Shown here piece by piece: positions 8,314 to 18,255 of a stretch of 64,000 nt of DNA (position 1 is its first letter; each line of letters starts with the position of its first letter). The stretch is from Acidaminococcaceae bacterium (GTDB lineage Bacteria; Bacillota; Negativicutes; Acidaminococcales; Acidaminococcaceae). The translations under genes and the position numbers were made by a program. Location: positions 19,335 to 83,334 of the forward strand of contig JAFQZL010000039.1 in assembly GCA_017405945.1 (NCBI GenBank). Direction: 5' to 3'. The notes beneath the pieces are model-generated. The model was not told the origin of the DNA. It ran no database searches and saw only the letters and a list, made by a program, of their open reading frames with translations.

Positions 8314-9777
8314 TTATGCCAAGCGATACTTTTCAGGCATGGTTGCACCCTCCCCTTTGGATGTGTGCAAGTGTTGATAAACACGGCGGTAGGCAGGGAT
8401 GAGAATCGCCAGCGATACGAGGAAGCTGACGTTATAGGCGTTATAGATGACAGCCATATCGTTCCAGTGGGGCAGTAACGCCTCGCACCACAGCACCCGG
8501 AACAAGGCGTAAGCGAAAAGCGCGGAAAACATGGGGATGCCCGTCTCGCCTAACCCTTTGAGCCCGCCGATGTACACCTGGTTCAGGGAATAGAGGAAAT
8601 AAAACGGGAATGTCCAGTATACGGCGGCAAGGGCATTCGCGTGGGTCGCCGCGTCCTCCGTGAAAAAGGCGACTAACGGCTCGGCGATCAGTATCAGACC
8701 GGCACAGACAGCCATGGTACCGTAAATCGCCGTACGCCGGCTGATGCGCATGGCTTCCTCCACGCGGTCAAGCCGTCCGGAGCCAAGATTCTGCCCGATA
8801 AAACCCGTCAGCGCCATGCCATAGGCAAAGGCCGGATAATACAGGAAACCCTCGATTTTCGCGTAGACCACCATGCCCGCCATGGCCGCGGGACCAAAAC
8901 CGTCAATACTGATCTGGATCAGCAGGGAGGAAATGCTCATAAAAGCGGCCTGCATGCCCGACGGAATACCGAGTCGCAACAGTCTGAACAGTTCGGACAT
9001 GGGCAGAAGCGTTGTATCGGCAGTAAGCCGGAAACGTTCGTCGAGCCGCGTAAGCCGCCACAGCATGGCAAGTCCCAGCGCCCACTGCGCGGACACCGTG
9101 GCCCAGGCAACGCCTTCCAGACCACAGTTCATTCCCACTGCCAGTACAAGATCAAGAACTACGTTCAAAACAGCCGAGCCTGCCAGATAACAGAGCGGTG
9201 TTTTCGTATTGCCAAGAGCACGCAAGACACCATTAGCTACATTATATACGAGCTGCGGAATCAAACCGAGAAAACAGATGCGGGCATACAAAAGCGCGTC
9301 CCCCATTGCTTCGGGCGGACAGGAGAGCCACAACAGGTAGCGCTTACTCAGCAGTTCCCCCATCAGCGTCAGAAAAATGCCTGCGGCGGTTGCAATCGCC
9401 ACCGATGTGGCAATGGCCTGGCGTAGCCTGTCATACTGCCGCGCGCCAAAGAGCCGCGAGACAGCGGAGGTGACGCCGACGCCAAAACCGATAAAGAAAT
9501 TGATATGAACCGCCAGCACCAGTCCGGCAACACCCACCGCCGCCAGGCCGAAAGCGCCGCCGAACCGCCCCACCACGGCACAGTCCGCAATATTATAAAA
9601 CTGCAGCAGAAGCTGCATAAGGAGCAGCGGCGCGGCATACGCCAGCAGTTTCCGGTGAATGGGACCTACGTCCATGCGCACCTCACCCGTGACCGCTTCT
9701 TCCGGCGACCCGGATGAATTCCCGTCTTTTATTGAGATTGATTCCTGTTTTGATTTACTGCAAGAAAAAAATTTCAT
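8314..9777 (-). CDS. MATE family efflux transporter
   Basis: QFYNIADCAVVG, VLRALGNTKTPL, LNVVLD, FIGQNLG motifs. Confidence 0.92.
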   Translation of the reverse strand: MKFFSCSKSKQESISIKDGNSSGSPEEAVTGEVRMDVGPIHRKLLAYAAPLLLMQLLLQFYNIADCAVVGRFGGAFGLAAVGVAGLVLAVHINFFIGFGVGVTSAVSRLFGARQYDRLRQAIATSVAIATAAGIFLTLMGELLSKRYLLWLSCPPEAMGDALLYARICFLGLIPQLVYNVANGVLRALGNTKTPLCYLAGSAVLNVVLDLVLAVGMNCGLEGVAWATVSAQWALGLAMLWRLTRLDERFRLTADTTLLPMSELFRLLRLGIPSGMQAAFMSISSLLIQISIDGFGPAAMAGMVVYAKIEGFLYYPAFAYGMALTGFIGQNLGSGRLDRVEEAMRISRRTAIYGTMAVCAGLILIAEPLVAFFTEDAATHANALAAVYWTFPFYFLYSLNQVYIGGLKGLGETGIPMFSALFAYALFRVLWCEALLPHWNDMAVIYNAYNVSFLVSLAILIPAYRRVYQHLHTSKGEGATMPEKYRLA

Positions 9778-9958
9778 GAAAAAAACGCCTTCCCTGCTAT
9801 CTTCTTGTTGTAAAAAAGTATAGCAAATAAGACGTGTTTTCGATATGGTGTGATTTTTATGCTTGGGTATAAGAAATCCTTATGGCTCTGCCGCTAAAAC
9901 TTTTCAAGCGCCGTTCAGTTTGTAAATGCGTTAAGAATCGGTTACTCTTATCAGTATT

Positions 9959-10903
9959 TTATCTTGCTCCCACCGCATCCGACCGTAATGTGCGATGCAG
10001 GAATGTCAGGAAGTCAGCCGTGTCCGCCCCCGGGGGCTCACCCTTACGCGAGATATAACCGAAAGCAATACGCCCCTGCATGCCCTCGACAGGAATGCGA
10101 CGGAAATCATACTGGCGATAGGTGTCCCTGAGCCAGTAGCTGCCCAGATTGCAAAGTTCTGTTTTTTCGAGCATACGGATCATCATGTGGTCGCTGTTAG
10201 TCCGCACCACGCGGCGGATGGCCAGCGTCTGTTTATTGAACGCAGGCGAGCCTGTCAAAAGATCTTCCACGGTGAAAAAATCGTCTTCCAACTGAATGAA
10301 GGAAAGCGATGCCAGTTCCTCCGGGGTTACGGAAGAACGGTTGGCCAGCGGATGACCTTTTCCTACATAAAGAACAAGATCTGTGTCAAGGAGCGGTGTA
10401 AATATGAGCTGGCGCCGGTCAATCAGATAGCGGAGCGCGGAACGTTTTGTATCCGGAACAAAGAGGAAACCCAGGTCATACTCGTTGGCGGAAAGAAGCG
10501 CTATCATCTTTTCAATGCCGCATTCCGTGAACTGCAAATAAAGCCCCGGCTCCTTTTTTTCGTTACGGGTTCGCTCGTTGTAAAACGCCGTCAGCATGAC
10601 CGCCATGTTGCTGCTGTTGTTTGTCAGCACGCGCAGCGAATGTTCCCGCTGCTCGCACCCAACGGAACGGAACAGTTCGGCATTTCGCAGCGTGTCCTGC
10701 GCATAGCCGTAGACCCGCGCACCCGCCTCCGTCAGCTCTACACCGTTAGACCGGCGCAGAAACAGGCGCGTTCCCAGTTCCTTTTCCAGTTCGCGAATGA
10801 CCATGCTGACATGGGGCTGTGTCGTATAAAGTTCCTCTGCCGCCGTTGTCAGCGACCCGCAACGCGCGCAGGTAACAAAATATAAAAGCTGGCGAAGTTC
10901 CAT
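9959..10903 (-). CDS. LysR family transcriptional regulator
   Basis: MELRQLLYFVTCARCGSLTTAAEELYTTQPHVS HTH. Confidence 0.93.
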   Translation of the reverse strand: MELRQLLYFVTCARCGSLTTAAEELYTTQPHVSMVIRELEKELGTRLFLRRSNGVELTEAGARVYGYAQDTLRNAELFRSVGCEQREHSLRVLTNNSSNMAVMLTAFYNERTRNEKKEPGLYLQFTECGIEKMIALLSANEYDLGFLFVPDTKRSALRYLIDRRQLIFTPLLDTDLVLYVGKGHPLANRSSVTPEELASLSFIQLEDDFFTVEDLLTGSPAFNKQTLAIRRVVRTNSDHMMIRMLEKTELCNLGSYWLRDTYRQYDFRRIPVEGMQGRIAFGYISRKGEPPGADTADFLTFLHRTLRSDAVGAR

Positions 10904-10972
10904 AATGAATTCCTCTCTTTTATCAAAATAGCGGATTCTTCCTAAACGACTGTTAAGAACACGACGTATTCG

Positions 10973-11575
10973 TCAACGCAGCGCTTTCATAATCAGCGGA
11001 TACGTCTTTTCATATCCTTCGAACACAATGCCCTGAAATCCGCAGGCCTGCGCCCCCTTCACATTTGCCGGAACATCGTCGGTAAAGAGACATTCTTCCG
11101 GTTTCAGGCCGAACTTTTCACAAAGGCAGCGGTAAATCTCCGGTTCCGGCTTCACAGCCTTCACCTCAAACGAAAATACGCCGCCGTCCATGTAGGGAAT
11201 AAAGTCCAATACGTCCGGATTGGCTGCAACAGAAAACGCGGAATAATTGGAAAGATAATATACGTTAAGCCCCATGCGTTTCAGTTCCTGTATCCATGGA
11301 ATCGAATACTCGAACTTATGAAAAGCATGGGCGACACTGTCCAGCGTCAATTTGATTTCTTTTTCATATTGGGGCGCAAAAGCAACAGCGCTTCGCAACG
11401 TTGCGGCGCCGTCCATCTCACCTTTGTCCATGGCGGCCCAGCAGCCGTTATGCCAGATTCCCTGGTTAATGGTCTGTATCAGTGTCTCATCTTCGCCAAA
11501 CAAAGACCGCATATACTCCTTCCAACGGAAATCCATCAGCACATTGCCAATATCAAAAACCATATTACGAATCAC
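10973..11575 (-). CDS. HAD family hydrolase/phosphatase
   Basis: FDIGNVL motif I, LSN motif II, KPEPEIY and FTDDVPANV motifs III/IV. Confidence 0.92.
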   Translation of the reverse strand: MIRNMVFDIGNVLMDFRWKEYMRSLFGEDETLIQTINQGIWHNGCWAAMDKGEMDGAATLRSAVAFAPQYEKEIKLTLDSVAHAFHKFEYSIPWIQELKRMGLNVYYLSNYSAFSVAANPDVLDFIPYMDGGVFSFEVKAVKPEPEIYRCLCEKFGLKPEECLFTDDVPANVKGAQACGFQGIVFEGYEKTYPLIMKALR

Positions 11576-11670
11576 GAAGCACCTCCGCTAACCATGTATT
11601 TTAATTTCCTTTCCTCTTCCGACAAAACAGCAAACCGTTTTACAATGCAAAAATATCACAGTTAGCAGTG

Positions 11671-12582
11671 TTATACACAAACCTTAATCCTGCTGTAAAC
11701 CCGGAGCGCGTTATCATAATAAAACCCGTCCCAGTGTTTTTCCGGAACGATCCTGCCCAGGTTGCGGATATTATCCGGAATGTTGATCAGAGGCCAGTCA
11801 CTTCCGTACATGATCTTGTCCCATATTCCGTGATAATTCAACCACATGCGCACATATCTCTGAAAGTCCTCTATTTCCTGTTCCCTTTCGGGCGTCAGCC
11901 GGTGTTCCCACAACCCGGAAAAATCCATGAAAACATTCTCGTTTTTGCTGGCAACCTCAAAGGCATCCACAATCCATGGATTGCCTGCGTGACAGATAAC
12001 AAAACGCACATCCGGATGCCGGCAGGCCGCTTCGTCCACCGTCAGCGGATGGGAATAACGCAGCCTGCCGTGATGATTTGCAGTTTCCCCGCTATGCATG
12101 GCCACGGGCACATCGCAGGCCTTCGCCAGTTCAAACAGCGGCTCATGACGCGGGTCATACAGGTACACATTCTGGTAACCCATGTAAAACTTTATGCCAA
12201 GGCAATGGGGATCGCGCTGCAGATAATACTCAAACTCCATCGCCGTTTTTTCCGCATTATCCGGGGTTATCTCTTCACTCTGCACGCCCAGGCAGTAACC
12301 CACGTTGTCCGGCTGGTTATACGGTTGCGCGCAAAAAGGCTCTCCCCCGAGGTTGATAAGCCGGGGCGTCACCCCTCCAAAACGGCAGGGCGCATCGTAA
12401 CTGTTGCCCATGGCGACAGAAAAGGCAATTTGATTTGCTTCGCAAATCTCCTGCCAGCCCCGGCGGGAGTTTTCATGCTCCGCCAGCCTGGCCAGTTCAT
12501 CGAAACCTTCAATTCTGAAATAATGCATGTGTGCGTCAATAATCATTTGCTGCTTCCTCTGCGTCTCACCGTTTTTGATCAC
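11671..12582 (-). CDS. Amidohydrolase_2 family metal-dependent hydrolase
   Basis: IIDAHMH, MHSG, VICHAGNP, MYGSDWP. Confidence 0.88.
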   Translation of the reverse strand: MIKNGETQRKQQMIIDAHMHYFRIEGFDELARLAEHENSRRGWQEICEANQIAFSVAMGNSYDAPCRFGGVTPRLINLGGEPFCAQPYNQPDNVGYCLGVQSEEITPDNAEKTAMEFEYYLQRDPHCLGIKFYMGYQNVYLYDPRHEPLFELAKACDVPVAMHSGETANHHGRLRYSHPLTVDEAACRHPDVRFVICHAGNPWIVDAFEVASKNENVFMDFSGLWEHRLTPEREQEIEDFQRYVRMWLNYHGIWDKIMYGSDWPLINIPDNIRNLGRIVPEKHWDGFYYDNALRVYSRIKVCV

Positions 12583-12626
12583 ACTTGATTATATCACGGC
12601 GTACCAAAAATCAGGACATTTATGTT

Positions 12627-13142
12627 TTAAGGCACAAAAAACGACGACATATCTACTTGTTCCAGCGCTAACAGTTTCACTTTCTTATCGATTCCTCCTG
12701 CATATCCGGTCAGGCTGCCGTTTGCTCCGACAACACGGTGGCACGGAATAATAAGCGAAATTGCGTTATGCCCCACCGCTTGGCCGACCGCCTGCGCCGA
12801 CATCCGGGATAAACCGTTTTGCCTTGCGATTCTGTCCGCAATCTCTCCATAGGTCATGGTCTTACCAAAGGGGATGGTAAGAAGAATTTCCCAAACTACC
12901 TTCCGAAACGGCGTTGTCTTCATATTGAGCGGAGGAGTAAAGCCGAGGGCTTTGCCACTGAAATAAATATCCAGCCATTGATCTGTCTGATCAAACACAG
13001 GCAGACTCTCGTCCCGGATATTATTATCCAGGCCGTTGCCAAAGTATTTCTGCCCGTCGAACCATAATCCGGTCAGGGCTTTTCCGTCGCTGGCCATGGT
13101 AATGCCGCCAAGTGGTGAATCATAATGATGAATGTACTCCAT
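12627..13142 (-). CDS. ogt: Methylated-DNA--protein-cysteine methyltransferase
   Basis: IIPCHRV active site, TYGEIA, GYAGG. Confidence 0.95.
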   Translation of the reverse strand: MEYIHHYDSPLGGITMASDGKALTGLWFDGQKYFGNGLDNNIRDESLPVFDQTDQWLDIYFSGKALGFTPPLNMKTTPFRKVVWEILLTIPFGKTMTYGEIADRIARQNGLSRMSAQAVGQAVGHNAISLIIPCHRVVGANGSLTGYAGGIDKKVKLLALEQVDMSSFFVP

Positions 13143-13228
13143 GCTCTGTCATCCTTTACTTGCTTCCTTTCAGTCAATCCGTGGGTTGTCGATAATCTAT
13201 CTGTTAAAACAACCTGACAAGCCCGGAT

Positions 13229-13885
13229 TTACGCCTCTTGCTGTACAAACGACTGAATTTCCTGCTGCAGCAGGCGATACACATTGGCAACTAAGTACCC
13301 GTCTGCTATGGCGTGATTCAGACGCACGGTTACCGGCATAAACAGCCTTCCGTTTTCCCTGCGGTATTTTCCCCAGTTGACAATCGGCGCAAAGAACAAA
13401 TAACCGTCCGGCAATTCAATATGCAGCGAATCATAGGAAAGCCACGGAATACAGGAAGCATCAAACCAGTTCGGATGATTTTCCATATCCAGTCCGTATT
13501 CCCGTGTCTTCTTTGCTTTTTCTGCATCCTGTAACGCGTTGGCATAAAACGCCGCGTAGTCCTCACAGTATTCTGTGTAAACCAGCGTGAAGGTCTCCGT
13601 GTCGTCATGGAAAACGTATTGCGTTGGATTGATTACATCATAGCAGATCAGTTCTTCCGTCTGCCAGAGATATCCCATTCTGTAATCCTCTCTCGAATTC
13701 ATCACTTTGGAGAGGATATACAGGAAATTGATATAAAACTTTGTATTCGTTTTTTGGGAATACTCCACAAGATCCGTGACATCAATCCGGGCTGTCATGG
13801 ATGTGGAACATTTGCAGTCTTTGGAAAAATGGCGAAAGACACCTTTCCGATAATACGATTCCCTGTCGATAATCCTGTAGTTCAT
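13229..13885 (-). CDS. CatA-like O-acetyltransferase (chloramphenicol acetyltransferase fold)
   Basis: 218 aa from MNYRIIDRE (GGAG RBS); SCIPWLSY, PIVNWGKY, NHAIADG (canonical HHAVCDG). Confidence 0.85.
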   Translation of the reverse strand: MNYRIIDRESYYRKGVFRHFSKDCKCSTSMTARIDVTDLVEYSQKTNTKFYINFLYILSKVMNSREDYRMGYLWQTEELICYDVINPTQYVFHDDTETFTLVYTEYCEDYAAFYANALQDAEKAKKTREYGLDMENHPNWFDASCIPWLSYDSLHIELPDGYLFFAPIVNWGKYRRENGRLFMPVTVRLNHAIADGYLVANVYRLLQQEIQSFVQQEA

Positions 13886-14010
13886 GTTACCTGGTTCTCC
13901 TTTACAAATTGGAATAACTCTTTCTGAACTCCAATTCTTTCTGAAAAAACTCTTGCCAAACATTAGCAAGATTTACTGCTTCCTCGTAGCTTCCTTTTAT
14001 CAAAGTGCCA

Positions 14011-14583
14011 TCACTCATGTTTTGCCTTGCAAATTAACTGCGTCATGGTTCCCATGGGACAATACACGCACCAGGAACGGGGCTTCCACAGCAACAGGGA
14101 ATTAATTCCCAACACCGTAGACGTAATCATGATACTGTAAAAGCCAAAGGCGAACTGCGCGACCCAGGGTGTAACCGCTCCGCTGTAGGCCCATTGCCAG
14201 GGTAATTTGAAAACCCAGAGAAGCGTCACCACCTGCCGCAGATTCTCAGCGCCACTAAACACAAGCCATGTCACGTGAAGCATGTTGCAGAACATGGCCA
14301 TGAAAAACAGCAGGAAACCGTAACGGAAGAACCGGGAGCGAAGCCAGCCCGGCACATCGCGATACCGGGAAAGTTTCAGCCTGCCGCCCAACAGGGCAAA
14401 AAGCTGGCCCCTGCCGCAATACCGGTTACAATACGTCTTGTCCCAGCCTGCCAGCGCCAAAATCAAAGGGATGAAAAACATACACAGTCCGGCCCAGGCA
14501 AAAAGGATGTTGAAGAAGCCCAGACTGAAGTAAATCAGTTCCGCAATCCATAAATAATCGTACCAGTGTTTTTCAGTTTTCAT
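14011..14583 (-). CDS. Membrane 4Fe-4S binding protein (Fer4_5, CxxxCP)
   Basis: CNRYCGRG and WCVYCPMG motifs with several TM helices. Confidence 0.8.
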   Translation of the reverse strand: MKTEKHWYDYLWIAELIYFSLGFFNILFAWAGLCMFFIPLILALAGWDKTYCNRYCGRGQLFALLGGRLKLSRYRDVPGWLRSRFFRYGFLLFFMAMFCNMLHVTWLVFSGAENLRQVVTLLWVFKLPWQWAYSGAVTPWVAQFAFGFYSIMITSTVLGINSLLLWKPRSWCVYCPMGTMTQLICKAKHE

Positions 14584-14776
14584 GCCGCGCCTCCAGCGTA
14601 ATCACAGAAGCCGGACATTCTTTTGCGCAGCGTCCGCAGCCGATGCAACGAACCTCGTCTGTTAGCGCGTACAGTCCTTTATATACGCGGATTGCTCCCA
14701 TAGGGCATACCTTCTGGCAGCTTCCACAGGCAACGCACAGTTTTCTGTTTACAACAGCGCGCTTCTTTCGCTTCAT
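14573..14776 (-). CDS. 2x[4Fe-4S] ferredoxin
   Basis: CVACGSCQKVCP and CIGCGRCAKECP; 11-nt overlap with the downstream gene. Confidence 0.9.
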   Translation of the reverse strand: MKRKKRAVVNRKLCVACGSCQKVCPMGAIRVYKGLYALTDEVRCIGCGRCAKECPASVITLEARHEN

Positions 14777-14836
14777 GCTTAATTGCCCCTTCAAACCGGA
14801 TTTCCCAAATCGCTTTAACAGTCTCATCTATAATTC

Positions 14837-14876
14837 ATTATAGCAAAACAGCCGTGGAAAATAAATTCCACAGCTG
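14837..14876 (-). repeat. Hairpin fused to extended -10 element, copy A
   Basis: Minus strand: CAGCTGTGGAA..TTCCACGGCTG-TTTTGC-TATAAT; homologous to copies at 18180, 44729 and 45527. Confidence 0.7.
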
Positions 14877-14916
14877 CTGAACTAATTATAAATAAAAACA
14901 TACCTAAAAGATTATT

Positions 14917-15669
14917 TTACTTTACTGCAACAATGCCAAATAGCGGAGCCGGATCGTAAAACTTATCTTTTTTCGGATACAGCCGCCGGCCTACCGTTGT
15001 ATCGGCAGAGCAGGCGCTAACCCCCAGTTTCCGCAATATATCCAGATCCCAGCGGGGGCGGTCAAAGATGCTGATGTCTAGCATGTGATAGATTTGGTGG
15101 CACTGTTCCACCATTTCTCTGGTTACGTCCTTGTGGGCGTAAACTGCTTCTTTTTCATAATTACCGTGATGATACTTGCCGTGTTCCGCGTCGTAATTCA
15201 GAAGCAGTCCACCCGTTTTCAGGACGCGCAGCCATTCCGCATAAGCCTTCTCCGGATGAGGCAGGTTCCATGTCACGTTGCGGGAAACAACAGCGTCAAA
15301 GGTTTCATCAGGAAAGCCCATCTTTTCCGCGTCCATTACCTGAAAGCGCGCATTGGATTTCTCTTCCGCAGCTAACGCGGCAGCTTCGTCAATCATGGAT
15401 TTTGTTAAGTCGATGCCGGTGACATCATAGCTTTTCGCAGCCAGCAGTATGGAAAAGAAACCGGCGCCGCAGCCGATGTCCAATATTTTCAGCGACTTCC
15501 CCACCGGCAGGTGACGGCAGATTTCCTCCTGCCATTGCCGCATCTTTTCACTTTGCAGCTCTTCCCGGCGCAGGCTTTTGAAACCCGGCGCGCGTTTCGT
15601 CCAGTAATCTTCTATAAATTCTTTTGCATTTTTCCTGTGAACGATACTCTTTTCGCTGATTTGTGTCAT
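14917..15669 (-). CDS. Class I SAM-dependent methyltransferase
   Basis: ILDIGCGAGFF, GIDLT, DAE, VVSRNVTWNL; start MTQIS at 15669 preferred. Confidence 0.9.
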   Translation of the reverse strand: MTQISEKSIVHRKNAKEFIEDYWTKRAPGFKSLRREELQSEKMRQWQEEICRHLPVGKSLKILDIGCGAGFFSILLAAKSYDVTGIDLTKSMIDEAAALAAEEKSNARFQVMDAEKMGFPDETFDAVVSRNVTWNLPHPEKAYAEWLRVLKTGGLLLNYDAEHGKYHHGNYEKEAVYAHKDVTREMVEQCHQIYHMLDISIFDRPRWDLDILRKLGVSACSADTTVGRRLYPKKDKFYDPAPLFGIVAVK

Positions 15670-15943
15670 GAGATGTACCCCGCTTCCCTTATTACAGTTT
15701 CTTTCAAAAAGAAAAGGCCATGAAGCCGTCTGCATTTGCGACAGTAAGCCTTCATAGCCAAATCGTTAAATATTAAATTGCTTTTCATCGCAGTTCACGA
15801 AATATGAACCGGTCTGAAAATAGTAATGTAACTTGTCTATTAAATGTAATTTGTACTTCGGGAAACGCCTGATGCGTTTCTTTTTAATCCGTAACTGTTT
15901 ACAGATTTCGCTTCTGCGAACCCCATCACTCTTGTGACAATTT

Positions 15944-15971
15944 AGTATAACACGGATTGTTTATTTTGCAA
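15944..15971 (-). promoter_or_regulatory. Putative sigma-A promoter TTGCAA-N16-TATACT (extended TG) about 270 nt upstream of the methyltransferase
   Basis: Direct motif match. Confidence 0.5.
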
Positions 15972-16032
15972 ACCGTGGTTGTAGTGAAAGTCATGAACTA
16001 ACACGTCCACTGATTTTACTGTATTCCCCGCC

Positions 16033-17064
16033 TTACTTATTCGTCTTCTCCGGTAACGTATGGGTATGGACGTGGGTGTGTGGAGCCTGCGGGACATAAT
16101 CCTCAGGCAGCTCAGCATACGCGCAGAGCACGCGGCCCGGGGTAACAGAAAACGACGGGGTCATATACAGGATCACACCGCTGAATTTAGCGTGAAACTC
16201 TTCCTGCTTCTCGTTAAAAAAGTCTGTCGTATAACCCAGCAGTTCGCCTTCTTCAATCATTTCGCCGCTGTGCTTTGCATGATACCAGCACGCCGGCGCT
16301 GTAGCTTCAAGGTACTCAATCTTGGTCAGCTCCTGGGGTGTAAATGTGTGGAAATGGCCGTGGTCATACTCCGGAATCATGCCTACATATTGCAGGACAT
16401 GCATGACATCGTCCTTGTATTCGTCGATATCCTCACGGCAGCAGAAACCGGTACCGCCCCGCTCTACAAGGATGCTGGGCACACCGTGCAGCGCCGCGCA
16501 GTTATACGCGCCCGTGGTAGCAGTCGAGCGAACCATGTATTCAACGTTGATCAGGCTGGCAAGCTCGCGGGATTTATTGTTGACCTCTTCCGAAGCGTTT
16601 CCGGGAAAGTAAGCATAGGGATGCAGATCTTCCTGAAGATCGCCGCTGTGCAGGTCCAGATAGTAGTCAGCCTTAAGGATGAATTCGTTCAGCAGGAAAT
16701 CAGCGAGTTTATAGGTGCGGCTGAAAGTAGAATTGCCGGGGAAGACGCGGTTCAGGTTCAGCCCGTCTTCAGGACAAATTTCTGCCATGCGCGCCCAAAA
16801 GGCCGAAACGTTTACAGGGTGCATGATGACAAGGCAGCCGTGGATATCTTCGGGATTTAATTCCTTGCCCAGTTCCATGGAAGCGGCAATGCCGGGATAC
16901 TCACTGCCGTGCACACCGGAGGTGACAAGCACGGTGGGACCGTCATATTTTCCGTTGATAAACGTAACGGGAATCGCGTTCAGCGTGTGCGGCACTTCAA
17001 CGAGAGTACGCAACTTGGTGCCGGGTTCAATTCGGTAATTTGCGAAGCAGACAGTGGATAACAT
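16033..17064 (-). CDS. M14 family succinylglutamate desuccinylase/aspartoacylase-like metallopeptidase
   Basis: GVHGSEY (HxxE), NLNRVFPG, DLHSG, C-terminal biotinyl-like domain. Confidence 0.9.
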   Translation of the reverse strand: MLSTVCFANYRIEPGTKLRTLVEVPHTLNAIPVTFINGKYDGPTVLVTSGVHGSEYPGIAASMELGKELNPEDIHGCLVIMHPVNVSAFWARMAEICPEDGLNLNRVFPGNSTFSRTYKLADFLLNEFILKADYYLDLHSGDLQEDLHPYAYFPGNASEEVNNKSRELASLINVEYMVRSTATTGAYNCAALHGVPSILVERGGTGFCCREDIDEYKDDVMHVLQYVGMIPEYDHGHFHTFTPQELTKIEYLEATAPACWYHAKHSGEMIEEGELLGYTTDFFNEKQEEFHAKFSGVILYMTPSFSVTPGRVLCAYAELPEDYVPQAPHTHVHTHTLPEKTNK

Positions 17065-17264
17065 AGGACCTCCTGAAAATGTTAAGTGTACGTATAGTTC
17101 AAATCTTGGTTAGCTTTTGCTAACTTGTAAATTTTAACAAATTTTTCAACAACTGTCAACGACTTTGCCAGGACCTTTCCTGCAAAAAAACAGCCGCAGG
17201 AGTTCTACGGCTTACAGGGATTTTTTAGCGTTTAGCATTAAGAAAACAAATAATTATTTCCTGC

Positions 17265-17663
17265 TCAGTACAACGGCGGTGAAATCTTTTCCGGTTTCAG
17301 TCCGGTATGAGGACTCAAATAGTATTCCAGGGTAATGTCCGGGTTTGCTTTGATAACCATGTTAAGTAGTTCTTCCGCCTTTTCTTCCTGCTCGATAACC
17401 AGAACCAAAGGTTTCTCCGCGCCATAATCCACCCTGATTTTGAAAACAGGAATGCCTATACCGCAACATCCATGCGGACGATACGCGGAAGGCTGGCTTC
17501 GCATGCTCTTAATCAGTGAAACCGGAAGATACTTCCCTTCAAAATAAATAGCGTTTTCTGAAACTTCATAACGTTCAATCCGCTTACTGTGTTTGCGGTC
17601 TTGTTTTACGTTTTCAAGTTCTTTCCCTTGAACAATGCATTCCCATCCCAAAATACCAAACAT
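17265..17663 (-). CDS. Hypothetical protein (possible PH-like fold)
   Basis: 132-aa ORF with GAGG RBS that fills the gap between genes. Confidence 0.6.
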   Translation of the reverse strand: MFGILGWECIVQGKELENVKQDRKHSKRIERYEVSENAIYFEGKYLPVSLIKSMRSQPSAYRPHGCCGIGIPVFKIRVDYGAEKPLVLVIEQEEKAEELLNMVIKANPDITLEYYLSPHTGLKPEKISPPLY

Positions 17664-17685
17664 GGTTATACCTCAAAACACCGGT

Positions 17686-18108
17686 TTATTTGTCCATTGC
17701 CCCTATGCCGCGCAGGATTCCGATCATACCTTCCGCCGCAATATCGTTACAAATTTTCCCGTCTCCATCAAAATAATAAAAGTTCATGACACAGACAGAA
17801 ATCTTTTTACCGGTAGCTTTTATGCCTAAAAAGTCACCGTCATGTGTTCCCGTCAAAGTCCAACGAACTGCAACTTTATCATCGGCAGCGACCATTTCCT
17901 CTAATTTCCACTGCACATCAGAAAAACCCTGGCGCATCCAATGCACAACAGACAAATAGCCTTTGCCGCCATACAACGGAACCGGGCTTGCCGGTGTAAA
18001 AAAAGAAGCCTTTTCGGATATCAGTTTCCGGGATAACGCTTCATCCGCCGTGTTGATCATAATCTCAAACTGTTTCATGATTGCCGTATTGCTTTCTGCC
18101 TTGTTCAT
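17686..18108 (-). CDS. SnoaL-like ester cyclase (NTF2 fold)
   Basis: EEMVAADDKVAVRWTLTGTHDGDFLGIKATGKKI; AGGAGG RBS at the MNKAES start. Confidence 0.9.
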   Translation of the reverse strand: MNKAESNTAIMKQFEIMINTADEALSRKLISEKASFFTPASPVPLYGGKGYLSVVHWMRQGFSDVQWKLEEMVAADDKVAVRWTLTGTHDGDFLGIKATGKKISVCVMNFYYFDGDGKICNDIAAEGMIGILRGIGAMDK

Positions 18109-18179
18109 GTGTCCTCCTGATCTCTCATCCGTCGAGTCAAATAAGACCCGGTTTGTATGTGTAAACATCGTTATTCTTA

Positions 18180-18216
18180 ATTATAACAAAACAGCCGCAG
18201 AAAAATCTACGGCTGT
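18180..18216 (-). repeat. Hairpin fused to extended -10 element, copy B
   Basis: ATTATAACAAAACAGCCGCAGAAAAATCTACGGCTGT; 36/37 identical to copy C. Confidence 0.85.
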
Positions 18217-18255
18217 CAGGATAAAATGCTTTTGCAAGCTTGTTTAAATATGATT

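Noticed and set aside
15880-15935. Fluoride riboswitch
   Set aside because: The 5' GAUGGGGUUC and UAAAC are present, but the 3' CUGAUGAC plus pseudoknot partner is missing and the downstream gene is not a typical fluoride-response gene
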